A stretch of DNA of 64,000 nucleotides, taken from NCBI GenBank assembly GCA_040954595.2, contig CM082581.2:13031921-13095920 (forward strand), in the 5' to 3' direction. The notes below the pieces were generated by a model that searched no databases, had not been told where the DNA came from, and saw only the letters and a list, made by a program, of their open reading frames with translations. The position numbers and the translations under genes are program-made. This DNA comes from Balanoglossus misakiensis (taxonomy: Eukaryota; Animalia; Hemichordata). Positions 23,601 through 37,000 of the stretch are shown here, piece by piece. Numbering within the stretch: position 1 is the stretch's first letter; each line of letters opens with the position of its first letter.

Positions 23601-26600
23601 ATAAAAGATTGGTACTACACTAACACTTAGATATTAATTATATACAGATATGTACTACCGCACATACTCATGATATTACCCACCTGGTCCTGTAATCGGC
23701 TGTTGTCTTTTTTCAGATTGGCAGCTGCTCTGGCACACCCACACGGCTCAGGACTTGACACTCTACAATGACACGCTCCAAGAATTGACAGCTGCTGTGT
23801 GGGACAGCCACAAGAATTTCTAGTGGTTAATTTCTTCAAAGAGCCATTGCTGTATGTATAGGGTCTTTCCTAGGCACTAGTCATTCCTGTGTATTGGGAG
23901 ATATTCTTTCTTTCTTTTGTTGGTTTTGAAAATTTGTTTGAAATCATGTGAACAAGGACTGATATGTTTAATATGCAGTAAAGCCGTTGTCTATGGGATG
24001 GGAAGTGCCACACACAGAAATAGCCTGTAACGATCGCTTTCAAGAAAGCAGGTCACAAAATCATCTGGAGCATACAGAGCAACTCAATTTAAAACCAAAG
24101 ATGTAGAAAGCGCAGACATTTGTGAAGGGTCCCTGTGGTCCTCTTCAGACACCTTGAATGTGTCGAAACAAACTCTGCGAAAAATCAGAATGCTTTCTAA
24201 ATTGATCAGTGTGTCCAGAGAGATTACATCAAAACCACCTCTCACACTTCTGGTAAATTCCCAATAGATTTCTTTGACAGATTTGAGCGTATGCAGAAAT
24301 CAGCTTTGTACTTCAATGCATTTTTAGATATATTATGTGCTGGAAGGGATGGCCTGTCATGTGAATCTGACTTGCTCTGTGATGGAGACTAACACTGTAC
24401 AAACTCTCACATGTTGTAATTTGAACTTTTCAATGACTTAGTGACGTGCGGGCATATGCAAATTAGGATCATATTTCCAGGACAATTTTTTTCTGGGACT
24501 TTTCCAAGAGACCTGTACAAGAAAGTAACATCCCCCATCTACAAGATTCTTCCTTCTATACCAATACAGACATGTAAACTTTTGATTAGTTCAAACAAAA
24601 TTTCTTCATTTACACAGTGGACTTTAACGTACCTCTGCTATTGTATGTTCTGTGTACGACCCATCGGCTGCCGAGTGGTGGCTTTCATAGGCCATGCGCT
24701 CTCTGACATCCATCATGGCAATCAGCTCATCCCTCTCTCTAATGACAGCTGGGGAGGAATGGAATAACACAATAAACATGTAGCGTTCCCTCAAGGGCCA
24801 CCACCGTATTAACCTTTCTGGGGCAAATGTTTGCCAGTCGTGGTATTCCATGTCTTCTCCCATTTCCAGATTTTGCTTCTTGACAAGTGAAGACTAAAAC
24901 CAAATTTTCCAATCAATCCACAAAAATAAACACAGTGATAGCTATTTTACAAGCACTGCAAGTTTACAGTGTTCACGCTAACGCTCGCCACACTCGCAAA
25001 ATGCGATAAAAACTTGGATGTGGCGAAAATTTTCACAAAACGATTCGCCACGGTGGCGATTAAACATTTCCCCCTGTAAAATAGGCGATCGTTTCAAGAT
25101 AGCGTTAGAAACAATAGAAATAGGGTGATGTTCCCTAGAGGGCGCACTGTATGTGCAAGAGGGGGTATCCCTGCATTGACCAATTCACTAGACAATTGAG
25201 TTCTGAAGCATGTGTTTGTATGCGGGTCATTGATTTACACATGTTTGAATAGTGATGAGCTATCGGCACAGTGGAATGTCCACAATGGATGTAAATCACA
25301 CCAAACCCCCGCGTTTAGTGAAGCAGACGACACTTGGGGCATTCTTTGGTTCGAGCGCTCCAACCATGGCAGATGGCGAATCTAAAAAACGGAAGCGTCA
25401 GACTTATGACAGAGATTCAAAGAGGCGGCTCACTGAAGAACATAGGCGACAGTTTCCATGGCTTGTTGAGGAAGACGGCAATTTGTATTGCTCACTCTGT
25501 CGTAAAGCATCGAGACATAATGTGTTTACGACTGGAAAAGCCAATACCAAACCGAAAAAAGATGACTTTAGAAAACATGAGTTGACAAGCGATCATAGGT
25601 ATGTGTCAGTATTTTGTAGTAAAAAAAAGTAATTCAAAGACATGGCGCAGAAGCATGATGTCCGTGAATGGTTGAGATAGAAATATGTATTCTTTGTAAA
25701 TAAAAATGTTTTGCCAGTTTGTGTATTTTCAAGCACTAAGACTTTCCGAATTTTATATTTTTAGATTTGCAATGCATACGGATGAGGGTCGGAAGGCAAT
25801 GTCAGCTGCCATCACAAATTCCTACGTAAAAGTTGAAGAAGCTGTTGTAGCTGAAATGCGTTCAGTGTATTACATGGCCAAAGAAAACATAGCAAACCGC
25901 AAACTTCATGGGCTCGTTGACAAAGGGTGTTTGCAATCTGCAGCAGGCATGTAAAGAAGCAGAGATAGACTCTGATGACTGAGAGTAATGACTGTATCCA
26001 TGTAAATGACATGAAGCTGAACTAGTAGTTGCTGTATCTTGCAAACAATTCCCTCAACTATGGGGAATTTCAGTGTCATGTGTTATTAAATAAAGTTAGT
26101 TTTAAAATGTTAGTGTCATTTCTTTTTTATTCAGAACAAGCATGTTATATTCAATATTCAACTTGATTTGTGTGGCTAATAAATTTTGGCTGTGGCTAAA
26201 AGTTTCTTGAGTAAATTAGCCACACACCAGGAGTGTGGCTAGAAAAGAAAAAATCCTAGCGTGAACACTGAGTTATACCTTTCTGAAGACACTTAGCTTA
26301 GATTTGGACGCATGACTACACTCAAGTGCTACATGTGTATAAAACATAGCGAAAGTACGGTGACTTTCACAAAATTACTTTTGCCGTACTAAAAGAAGAC
26401 AAATTTTGCCAAAATTTGACCCAAATTATCTCAGCATGTCAGCTTTTAAGGGATATTAAGCAGGCCCTTCCTGTTCAACAATTTGCCGTAAACGTTTAGA
26501 TAAGCATGACTGAACTTGAAGACCAGCAGCAGAGTCAAAAGACAGCACAATAAGTAGAAGAGGTTATCCCAGTAAATGATCTCTGTGATTACATTCTAAC

Positions 26601-29600
26601 CCTATGCAATTGAAATCCTGAAATGAATGCCCTAAGTTAATGACATCTAGCAATTTGTTCCAACTGGGTTCTTAATGCCTGCCATTTTACATGCTTTCAT
26701 ACTCAGCTATTGCAGCTGTGGTACTGAAAGCAAACACGGCTACAACATTTACAAGCCTTAAAAGTACAGCCATTACCCTGGTACAAAGACTTCATCACAA
26801 ATATTGTAGAAATCTTCAAAGGGGCAAAGTCGCTCATTTTTGACATAGTTTTGGTTATTTAAGTTACTTACAATAGATTATTTACAATTTTCTGCTTAAT
26901 GACAGTTGTCACAGCTCACATCCTGTATGTGTGGGTACAATATGTGACTTATTTAGACAAGGTGCCTCTTACCCATCTTCTCAGCATGGATTTTCTTCAG
27001 TTCTTCTGATCTGGCTTGGAGTGTTGCCATCAGTGCAGCATTCTCCAAGCATACCCTACAGGGAAATCAACAAGAAATCAACAAGACAGCTGAGATGTCA
27101 ACCACAGTAGTGTGTATCATTCACACAAATGGATTTTTGAGACACAGTGATGATGTACACGCACACACAACTGCAGGCACGTTGTACATTAGCCTCAGTC
27201 TTGCAAGGCAGACCTCAAACACACGCTTTGAATGAAATGAGCTTCAGAGCCATGACAGCAGACATATGCAATGAAACATCAAATGAAACACTATGTGTAA
27301 GAATTATTTAGAACTTATTTCACATTAGACATGAATGTACAATGTTATTATTCTTCAGTATAAGACAGAAGCAAAAAACTGCATGAAAGAAATGCTACTC
27401 TACACTGTATACATGTTGGGTGACACATTGTACTAGTTTTGCACTGATGTATTTCAGTGTCAGGTTGCAGTCACCATGTTAAGGGACTGCAGTACAAGAA
27501 ACTACAAGTTAGCAGTGAAAGAGTTCCACTTTCAGCCAAAAGAAGCCTAATATCTGCATTAATTTGTGTGTGCAAAACTGAAGACTTTAAAAAATCAGTC
27601 AAATACACAGCTCATAATTTGCCCCAATATGTAACACTCCTCAATTAGTATGGCCTTGTACGGTTTCATGCATTCGCACCTATAATTGGGTCGTGTTTTA
27701 CCTCCCTCACACAATTTTCCATCACTTGACATTAAAGCCCTATCACTTTGCTTAAAATAAAATCACTTGTATCTTTATTGACCTGTTTCAATTCACAGGA
27801 TCACTGACCTGTCAAACCTCTCAGCCCAAGTTTCTTCGCTCAGCATTGTGTGTCCACTCTGCAACTCAAGCTCAAATTGCAGAGAGTTTACATCCTACAG
27901 ACACAAGTGAGAATGGGATATTACACCATGAAATAATCATTATTTACAAAAAATGCATACTGACACAAGGGAACATTCTAATATTTATTACAGTCCTCTG
28001 AAGTTATCAAATTTATATCAGTATGACATGAAATGACAAAAACTGTTTCCTTGGGAAGGATGCTGTCTACCATGAAATTAGATTTAGATGAGTGAGTGAG
28101 ATTTTCAAATACGTTGAATTCCATTACCAGTAATTGATGGAAATCAGCAGCGTGACAAATTTCGTTGCTATTAGCCTTCCTCTAGTCTTTGACCATGAAA
28201 CACATTTGGCCAGAAGGTAAAGATGTTTTTCAATTTCTTTAGTTTTCCTTGACTACCTGTTTCCATAACATGGTTTTTTCTCAGTCTTGACATAAGACAT
28301 GAAGAAGCTTTACTTCACAAGGGAAATGAACTTGTGGACTGGTAGAATAAAATATCAAAGTTACATCTCTGAAGAAATACAATCACCTCTAAGTTACATA
28401 TTAGCCTCATACATGATTAAAAGGGTGTGTCTAAATCTTCTAATGACCATGTGGTGGCGCACTCCTATTTTCAGGACCACCCAAGTGATTTGCTGGAGCT
28501 CTGCTTTCTATATGGTGTCTATGGCTAAACTTGTAAAGGTGACCATATATCTCTAAACCTTTGACCATCTTACCTGTTCCAACTTTTTCTTGGCAGCCTC
28601 TGTAGAAATGGTTGTCTGGATTTGATTGGCTTGTGCAAGCAGTGCCTGAAGAGGATGCCGTGAAATAAGTAAATGATTTAGTACTTTCATGTATGTGTAG
28701 CAATGCTGTGAAGTTTGTTTATCACTTTGAACAACATATACATGTAAATTAAAGTCCTGTACTGATCGTTTTGAAAATTATCCAATTTCAACGGCTTGAT
28801 AATTTATTTCACCAATTCAACCTTTTCACCCCATTTGAGATGAATTTACTCTGTATACAAAGAATCACTGACGTAGACAATGAAAAAGAAAATGGACAAA
28901 CAGATAGGAAAAGTTGATGAGTGTTTTACCATAAACAACACTTTACAAATGATTAAATGGCACATATGCAATGGACAATTTAAGACAGACTCCCAGAATC
29001 CCTTGCAAACATGAACATGCTCCACAACAAGGTACCAATATCATAATGTTCAGCATTTCCACACGCTAACCATTTTTGCAACCACTTAAAAAAACACAAA
29101 CAGAAATCACTTAATAGAGTAATAATATACCACCAATGATCACCAATTGAGAACAATACATAGAAACTTGGTCATGTTGGTATCCAAAAGGTATCTTTCA
29201 ATTGACCACTTGGCGGCGCTCTTTAAAACATAACTGGTCAAAAAAAAATCAGGGGGCACTGATATGCACATTTTTGTTGTTTTTCTTTGAAGGACGTTGG
29301 TCTGATTGAGTATAACCTGTGGGATACCAAATGACCATGTGATATGTTCATGATAAAATACTGCAGTAATATTATTCTGATATGTTATATATATGGTGAG
29401 ACGATAATTTGTATCATGAACAACTTACTTGTGTAGCCTTTATCAATATGATTAGCAAACAAAAATTAAGCATTTATTAGTTTCTGCCAGCAGTATGAAA
29501 CAACATGTGTAATCAAAATATTTAACAGACACTATTGTCTAACAAAATGAGGGCACGATAAGCTTCATGGGATTGAGTTACGCACATACAAATTGCCCAA

Positions 29601-32105
29601 GGGGTATGAACAACACTATATGAATCATTATGCTCTCATTTTTTCAAGTTTGCATAGCATCACCAACTGAACTGTGATTGATTGCATGTGTTACCATTGC
29701 TAGAATCACAAACCTCGTACTGCGCATCATAATAATACAAATGTAGTATGCAATAATATGGCACAAAGGAAAATGTACATGTGGAGATTTTTATGCTCGC
29801 TGCATCGGCATGGCAACGGCACACCAGCCAATCCAATACACTGAATCATATTTCAATATTTACAATAAGATTATTTATTTGGAACATGCTTATGAACAGG
29901 TTTCTATTGTAATATGACAAATACACTAAATTGCATTTTATTTCATGAACTAAAAAGGGCTAATCAAATCTGATTCAGGCTTTGAATTGGGTGCATTTTG
30001 TGCAAATTTACAAATAAAATTGACCCGGGCATGGGAACAGCTGTGGTTTTAATAGATAAGGCAGAGCTTCGGAACAGAAGCAGATGAACCAAAAACCACC
30101 GGCAAATCATGATCAGCTAAAATCAGGTTCACTCGCAACTTCGCAAGGTCATATTTTATGGCAAATGTTACAAAGTGTAACTTTGTTGACATGGAGGGTG
30201 GGTGAATTTGTCACAGCGATACACGAGACAGAGTTGTTTAAACAAGCAGATGTTACCAAATAAGAGGATTATGGAATTCTGTGTTCTCCCGCTGCCTACA
30301 GGCTAGACTATCATCATCACAAGCCAGTGTAGAATGTAAAATTTGTAATAGCCTTAAAAATGTAAAATTATGATCTTTCAAAAATATACGCAATATTTTA
30401 ATTACAGAAAATACACTACATAAGGAATTTAAGTGGATTTTGTTTTGTAAATTAGTAAGATATCATAATTATATGTGTGTGCGCACAGCAGGACATATTG
30501 CAAACACTCAATCATAAGCATACAACTGAAACTCGTGATTATACCAACATGGCACATGCTGATCATGGTCATGTATTGTGTCGCATTGTATTGTATTGTA
30601 TTAGCAATGCACGGCAGTACAGAATTGACTGAATCAGAATACAGTGAATAGGTATTGATCAAAAATGCACAAACAGATAAAAAAGGGAATTCAGTCCCCA
30701 ACTAAATATATCTGATGCATGCACGCATAATCATGAAGCATAAATCGTGATAAAAGAATTCATGGAGGGCAGCATACCTGACTTTGGAGAATTCGTATTG
30801 CTCTGTACTTGCTATCCAGCTGTCTTTTGAAAGCTTCCAGTTCATTTTGCAAAACGTCCACTTCCTGAAGTAAAACGTAAGAAAGGGAGAATACAGATCA
30901 TAAGGTGATCAGTCCGCTGAAAAAATGAAAATATGACATAGCTGTTTTTCTGTATCTTACCTGTTCAGCCAGCCGTAGTTTCTGTAATACAGCTTTTTGA
31001 TCAAGTTTGGTCGCTTTGGAAGTAGGTTGGTTTGCGCTTGCTTCTGTAGGAGACAAAACAAATGGGTTTAACATGATTTCAGTGGAGTTCCAACTGGAAA
31101 GGCTGCATAAAACTTTGAAACATTCAGCTGAACTAGATACTGCTCTTTAAATTATAGAAACTGCCTCCCAGCATCTCATGTTTTCAAATTACAAATTCCC
31201 CAAAATATCATTCAATTACCCAAAAATAGCACCCAATCATACAATACATCATTTAATCGCTATACAACACATAATGCACCACAATGAATAAGTTTTGAGA
31301 GACATTTCCTCATACATGTAAACATATTTATGTTTAATGCAATGCACAAATATTTCATATACCAGTACATACGTGAAAAGTGTACGAACATACATACGCA
31401 CACACATACATATGTATGTATAATATGTATCATTGTAATGTATGAATGGATGGGTGGGTGGATTTGTGAATTGTGGATTAGGAATGTACATGTTACATCA
31501 TATGATGTCAATAACATTGTTATTAACACTTTCCATGGCATTCATCACATATATTATAGTCACTGTGGGCTCCAAGTATGCACGCCTAGCATAGCAGGGG
31601 GGGGGGGGGCTGACATCGACACCCCCCCCCCCCCCCACACACAGCTGCGTTACCACAGGTACATGTAGTAACTTTGTTGTAACGTCATACCTTGCTCAAA
31701 TACAGGTAGACCCCCTTTGATTTTCATTATCTCTTCCATCTCATGCTCATACAGCTTTCGTTGCTGACGAATTGAAGTTCCCATGGGAACGCCGTCAAAG
31801 GTGGGAAACTCCTCCGCATCCTCCTTTCGGGTCGATGAACTTTTCCGCCTGGGTTTATTCGATTTGATTGGTGATGTGGGAGGGGAACTAAAAGAAAGTG
31901 TTCTTATACTTCTCTCGCCTGGCAACTGTTCACAATCAGAATCATAGCCGTTTTCTAGCGGCTTTCTTGGTATTCCTCCTGGTTTTAACCCATGTCCTAA
32001 TCCCAGATCTCCCGTTGATGGGTACGAATCGTCCAAGTCCTCCGCCGTTTTGTCGTCTGCTACAACTGCAAGTGGCAATGACAGTGATCGCCTTGCTGTT
32101 CCCAT
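20628..32105 (-). CDS. CCDC125: Coiled-coil domain-containing protein 125; 11 coding exons, ~506 aa
   Basis: Exons with GT-AG boundaries and consistent phase: 32105-31691, 31043-30961, 30864-30778, 28645-28574, 27894-27809, 27055-26973, 24748-24633, 23791-23684, 23188-22987, 21182-21028, 20741-20628. Motifs recalled from vertebrate CCDC125: GDLGLGHGLKPGG, LGACHC...PCGCARAAA, VLADAYRIGFEEQL, LNDKCEALAHQKMVARMLAR. Probable 5'UTR intron 32438-32170. Confidence 0.88.
24967..26270 (+). mobile_element. Internally deleted hAT-family DNA transposon (~1.3 kb) in a CCDC125 intron, retaining the transposase N-terminal zinc finger
   Basis: Perfect 14-bp TIRs CAGTGTTCACGCTA (24967-24980) and TAGCGTGAACACTG (26257-26270); subterminal TCGCCA/TGGCGA repeats on the left and TGGCTA/TAGCCA on the right; ORF with FPWL...LYCSLCR...FTTG...KHE..DH (TTF-type zinc finger) and YYMAKENIANRK typical of ZNF862-like hAT transposases. 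Confidence 0.88.
25255..25954 (+). pseudogene. Truncated hAT transposase (spliced 25255-25598 + 25765-25954, ~177 aa; no catalytic or dimerisation domain)
   Basis: Donor AG|GTATGT at 25598 and acceptor ttttag| at 25764 join ORFs 25252 and 25706 in frame; similarity is lost after ..KLHGLVD and a stop follows. Confidence 0.7.
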
Positions 32106-32438
32106 CGATAAACTGATTGTGTAGTATGGGTAGACCGAAAGGGAGAGTTATTCGCAGTTTCAACTGTACCTGTGTTTTAAAACAACATTACCTGCCATCC
32201 CAGCTGTTGCGAAAGTGCTTTCGTCAACATAGTAAATATAACATCACTGAGGTCAAGTGCCGTGCAACACCCACGTAGAGCGATATCCTATATCCTGCTG
32301 CTGTACGGCCCCCAAAATCAAGTCCCTTTGAAACTCGGTGTCGATGTCTTCAAATGAATCTAACTGTGATACACGGCAAATTTATTTATGTTGATGTAAA
32401 CTGAGCTCAAAACCAATTCAGATTTGAACTGTGCTTAC

Positions 32439-32800
32439 CGATCACCTTGGTGAAAGTCGAAACAACGCGGATTGATGTAAAGTAACTACTGAAACATTCT
32501 CTTCCGGGTCAACCACAAACACAACACGAGTTTTACATGAGTTTTACGCATTTTCAGTCAGCTTATTCGACCTGACAATAAAATAAAATTTCTTACTGAG
32601 CGTACCAGTTGCAACAAAACCAACCTTGAATGTGTAATAAATATATTTAAATAATTATTATGTACTATTTGTATTATATTATGGACTTTTTATCTGTAAA
32701 ACTGCTAATATAACTATTAATTAAAGATGAATATACAGAATAAAAATGTAACACTATGGCAAATTTAAACTGCACGTGTGTGCTATCAAGTTTGCAGGGA
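32439..32800. promoter_or_regulatory. Probable bidirectional promoter CCDC125 / MRPL43
   Basis: Divergent ATGs ~740 bp apart; ETS-type CTTCCGG at 32501; local CpG retention; 5'UTR splice donor on the minus strand at 32438. Confidence 0.6.
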
Positions 32801-32841
32801 GTGAGGATCTTCAATATAATACTGCGAAGAAATATACAAAT

Positions 32842-33606
32842 ATGACGTCCAGGTCAATGCCAAGTGGTTTTCTTAAGAGTGTACTGCAAAATGGAGTTGG
32901 TAGATATATCTGTCAGCTGAAGAGGATCACGTTTCAATTCTGTAAATTCAGTGGAAAAAGTAAAGGCGTGAGGTAACTATGGGGATGCATGATTGTCAAC
33001 AAGTTTTCCTGTTAAAATTCATTCTTTATTTCTTTGAACACTTTGCATTAATGTTTTTCATTTTTTAAATACAGGGATTTCATTGAAAGTGACCTGATAG
33101 ACTTTGCAAGGAAGAACCCAGGTGTTGTTGTATATGTTACACCTCATCAGAAGTATGCCAAGCCAACAGTTGTAGCAGAATACTGTAAGTGCAGTGTACT
33201 AGTATATGCAGATATTGAACTATTCAAAGTTTCTACAGATATATGGAAAAGCAAAAACACTAGTAGTTTTCAGTGAAATTGGCAGAAAATTGCTTTCAGC
33301 TATATATCTGTCTTTTTTTACACAGTGAATGGCAACACAAGCACCGTAGATGTCTTCAAGATGCCCAGAGACGAACTCACAAAGCAAGTGGACTTACTCC
33401 GAGCCCAGTCTGGTTTGGATGTGGTCAGGATGCGCAAACCAATGCACACGGATAACCCTACAATACAAGGACTGTGGAATCCATTCACAAACAAACCGAC
33501 ACATTTGAATGTCGAAACATTTCCCACAAAGGATCCAACTTGGAAATATGCAGAGAAGAAACCTACACTGAGGTTGGATGACACTCCAGAAAGTGGTACA
33601 TCATAG
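32842..33606 (+). CDS. MRPL43: Mitochondrial large ribosomal subunit protein mL43; exons 32842-32972, 33075-33184, 33326-33606, ~173 aa
   Basis: Spliced product [65 protein letters not shown]...VAEYLNGN...[21 protein letters not shown] matches the mL43 signature; canonical splice sites with consistent phase. Confidence 0.95.
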
Positions 33607-33959
33607 TGTGTATTGGGGTGTTATGGACATATGTGTTGCATTGCCATGGCGTAAAACAGGCTACTGGTAAACTACCACAAAATAAACTCTTAATCCTGTG
33701 GTAGAAGGACATGTACCATACTTCACAGGAAGGAACTTCACCCGAGCCTTTGATCACCGAGTACTGTAATTACTGATGATATGTAATAAAGGAATCCCTT
33801 GAATATATCAATTACTGTGTTTTGATATTTACTCAGACCAAAGCATGCAAATTGCATGGAAATGCATGTACTTTTTATATAGTTGGACACCAGAGGGCGC
33901 CAGTCATTTCTATACTGCAACTTTACACACGCACACACAAATAAACTAAACAATTCTGC

Positions 33960-33992
33960 AATAAAGTCTGAATTTATTAATCTGTAAATAAA
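33960..33992. terminator. Interleaved poly(A) signals of convergent MRPL43 (+) and NOC3L (-)
   Basis: AATAAA on + at 33960 and 33987; AATAAA on - at 33978-33973, ~37 nt past the NOC3L stop. Confidence 0.5.
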
Positions 33993-34014
33993 AAGAAGCA
34001 ATCAGTGATTCAGT

Positions 34015-37000
34015 TTAATTTGATTTCTGTCTACTTTTCAATGATTTCTTGGTTTTAGCCTTGCTAATCTTTGGAGTCTGCCTTAGGGGTCTGGCAGATT
34101 TCTTTTTCAGAGTCTTTGGAAGTTTTAGATTTGGCACACTTTTACAAAAGTCAATCGTAGTCAGTTCATCTGCCATTTCACCGGTGGCTTTGTCAACTTC
34201 ATCTTGTATCTGACGTTGCAGGAAGGGCTTTTCAAACACCATTACCTAGAGAGAGAACAATCAAACCATGCTCACAATGATTAAAGTCTGTACGGCAGAC
34301 AGCTGGCTGTCTGTGTAACAACCACTCATAGCTATGACAGTCTCTCTTCAAAAATTTCAAGCTGTGACTCATCTCACAAATTTATCCCATGTCTGCAAAC
34401 TTTCAGCACTTACCTTTGTTTTCTTGCCTGCCATTGGTTGCTGAATGGAAGGGTTAAAGGTCATGTCGGAAGCGTCGTACTCAGAAAGCAACTCCAGTGG
34501 AGGTCTGTGGAGAAAAACATACAGCATACAGTCAGAATAATCCCATTTTTGTATTACCTTTAACACTTCTTCACACAAGAACAGAAGAAAAAAGTTAATT
34601 TCATAATGACTAAATATTTCGACAAATTTCAAAACCATATTGGATTAGCAATGGGGTAAATGTTTCACAACTTACTTTCTGGTGAGGTCAAGCCTGCCAC
34701 TCGCAGTTGTTTGAGAAGAAGCACCCTGACATAGATGACTGCTGTACTGTCTGACCAAAGGATGGTAATGTTTCTGGAAGAGAACAAAATAGAATTGCTT
34801 TATATTCCACTGACAGCATCCGAGAAATTTACTTTGATTATCACAGTTAGAGACCTGAAAACCATAAGATCAAAACACTGTCAGTAACTTACCCTTAGAA
34901 GGTAGAGTTCCCACAATGCCGTGTTATGGGCACTGCAGTGTTCTGGTTCCTGCAGTTCAGGTAAGTATACACCACTGCCTGTGGTATCATTGTCTAGTAA
35001 AACTTCGCATTTGGTGTACATCTGGAAGAAAAAATGCACTTGTGATGGAAACTAACAGCTGCTCCAATCCCACACTAATCTTTCAACCAAAGTGGATGTT
35101 ACAGATTTATTCAAATTGTAGATATTCACTCACCATCAAAAATGACCTGACTGTAGCCATGATACCCAATGCAGCATTTGGTGGAACATGTAAAGATAGA
35201 CTGCACAGTTTTTTGGTGAAGGCAAGAACTCTCTGGATGGTCACCTGTTTTCTCCTCTTGTTTATCATCACATCCAGGCACTTCAGTGCAACAGGTATGT
35301 CTTTACTACTGCCATCTGAAATTGACAAGGACAGACAATGATTCTTAATATCACATATGCCGCACAATGTAAGGGTCGCTGTTCAATTATGGCACACAAA
35401 GTCACAGCAACACTGCGAGTCAATTTTTCTCTCACCTTCGTGAAGTTCAAAGAGAATCTTGTAAAGATGGGAATAAAACTTCAGTGGGTCGATATTTAGT
35501 GCTTTCCCCTGTCCCGATAGGAGTTTAAATACAGTCAGAATACAGTGCAAGATTTCTCGGTTGCTGAGCTCCTGAAAGAGGAAGGAAATCATCAAGAATA
35601 TTATACATGTTACCACATGCTCATAGTTCACAAATAGATTATTTTGCACTCAGTGTGACCAAAACTTCAACACTATAAAAACAAGAGAAAAATACTCACC
35701 CCAGATTCTATGAGCGAATGCAAAACCTTCACCAGGTCATCAAAGAACTCCACGTTGATCAGATGTGCGTATTTGGCCAATCCCTCCAGGACTGATGGCA
35801 GTAATGATGGCGTATCCGCTTTCTTCAGAATGCGGAAGTAAATGGCAAAGACCATCTTGATGATTTCTGTTTGCTGTTGAATGGAGAGAATTGGGGAAAT
35901 GGTCAGAAAAGGTTATCGGCTCCAAGTCAGATCAGGGAAGCGTCTCTATGAATGGGAATCTACTTACCAGGTGTTGCTTTTTCTTTTTGCTTTCTGTTGA
36001 CGCAGCTTCAAGTAATTCTTTCTCCAATTTTTCAGATCTTTTGGATCTCTGTAATGTGGAAACACATGGTTGTTTGCTATATTAAATATACATTGACAAT
36101 CACAGGTATGGATGGGTATGACTGGGGCACAAAATCTCAGATTTGAAAATGAGTATGGCTCTCAGTCATGGTTGAGTATGCGTGGTGCATGAACTCCATC
36201 ATCACAGATAAAGGCCCCAGTCACACATATCAGGGAAGGGTGGGTGGGTGGGTGGGTGGGTGGGTGGTTGGTTGGGTGGATGGATGGATGGATGGATGGA
36301 AGGATGGATAGTCACAAGGAAACATGTGAGCAAAAGAAGAGGAAACATTTGAAGCCAAAATGGCCGTTAGTCTCCTGGAAGGACTGACTTGGCTGAGAAC
36401 TTGCCTTTCTTTCTTTCCGTGACAATCTCTTCATCTTCTCCTTGTGAGTCATGAATTTCTTCTTGGCGTCTTCACTCTCGTCGGCGTTCAGATCAATGTC
36501 TTTGATTTTCAATGAAAGAAACGTGTCCAACACCTGTCAAGATTTCAAGGAGTACATTTGTCTATACAGAGCTGCATACACAGATTTGTGGAAGTGACGT
36601 CAAAGTTTGTGCCAACAGCTAAAGAAACATGATCTCATTCTGGAAATTGTCAACATCCTCAAATTTCTGGGATAATTGAGAGAGAGCATCTGCCTTCAAA
36701 TTTTTCAATCAGTACTGAAAATGTTGACCTTTGCAAATGGTGAATTTCCCCCCGGGTTATAAATTTGTATGTCTGCATGTGATCTGATTTCTCTTTTAAC
36801 TCTGACTTTTTATATTATCTAGGGCACAGAAAACTTGCAATATATAGAGGAAAAAAACAAAATTCACCCCCGTTGTTAATTTATACACATATATGACTAA
36901 AACGCTCACTTTTAACAGGGTATTGTAGCAGGTAATCAATTCTAGTTAAAAGAGACTTCAAGCAGTGTAATTATGCTGTAGTTTCACAGAAAATGTTGAG

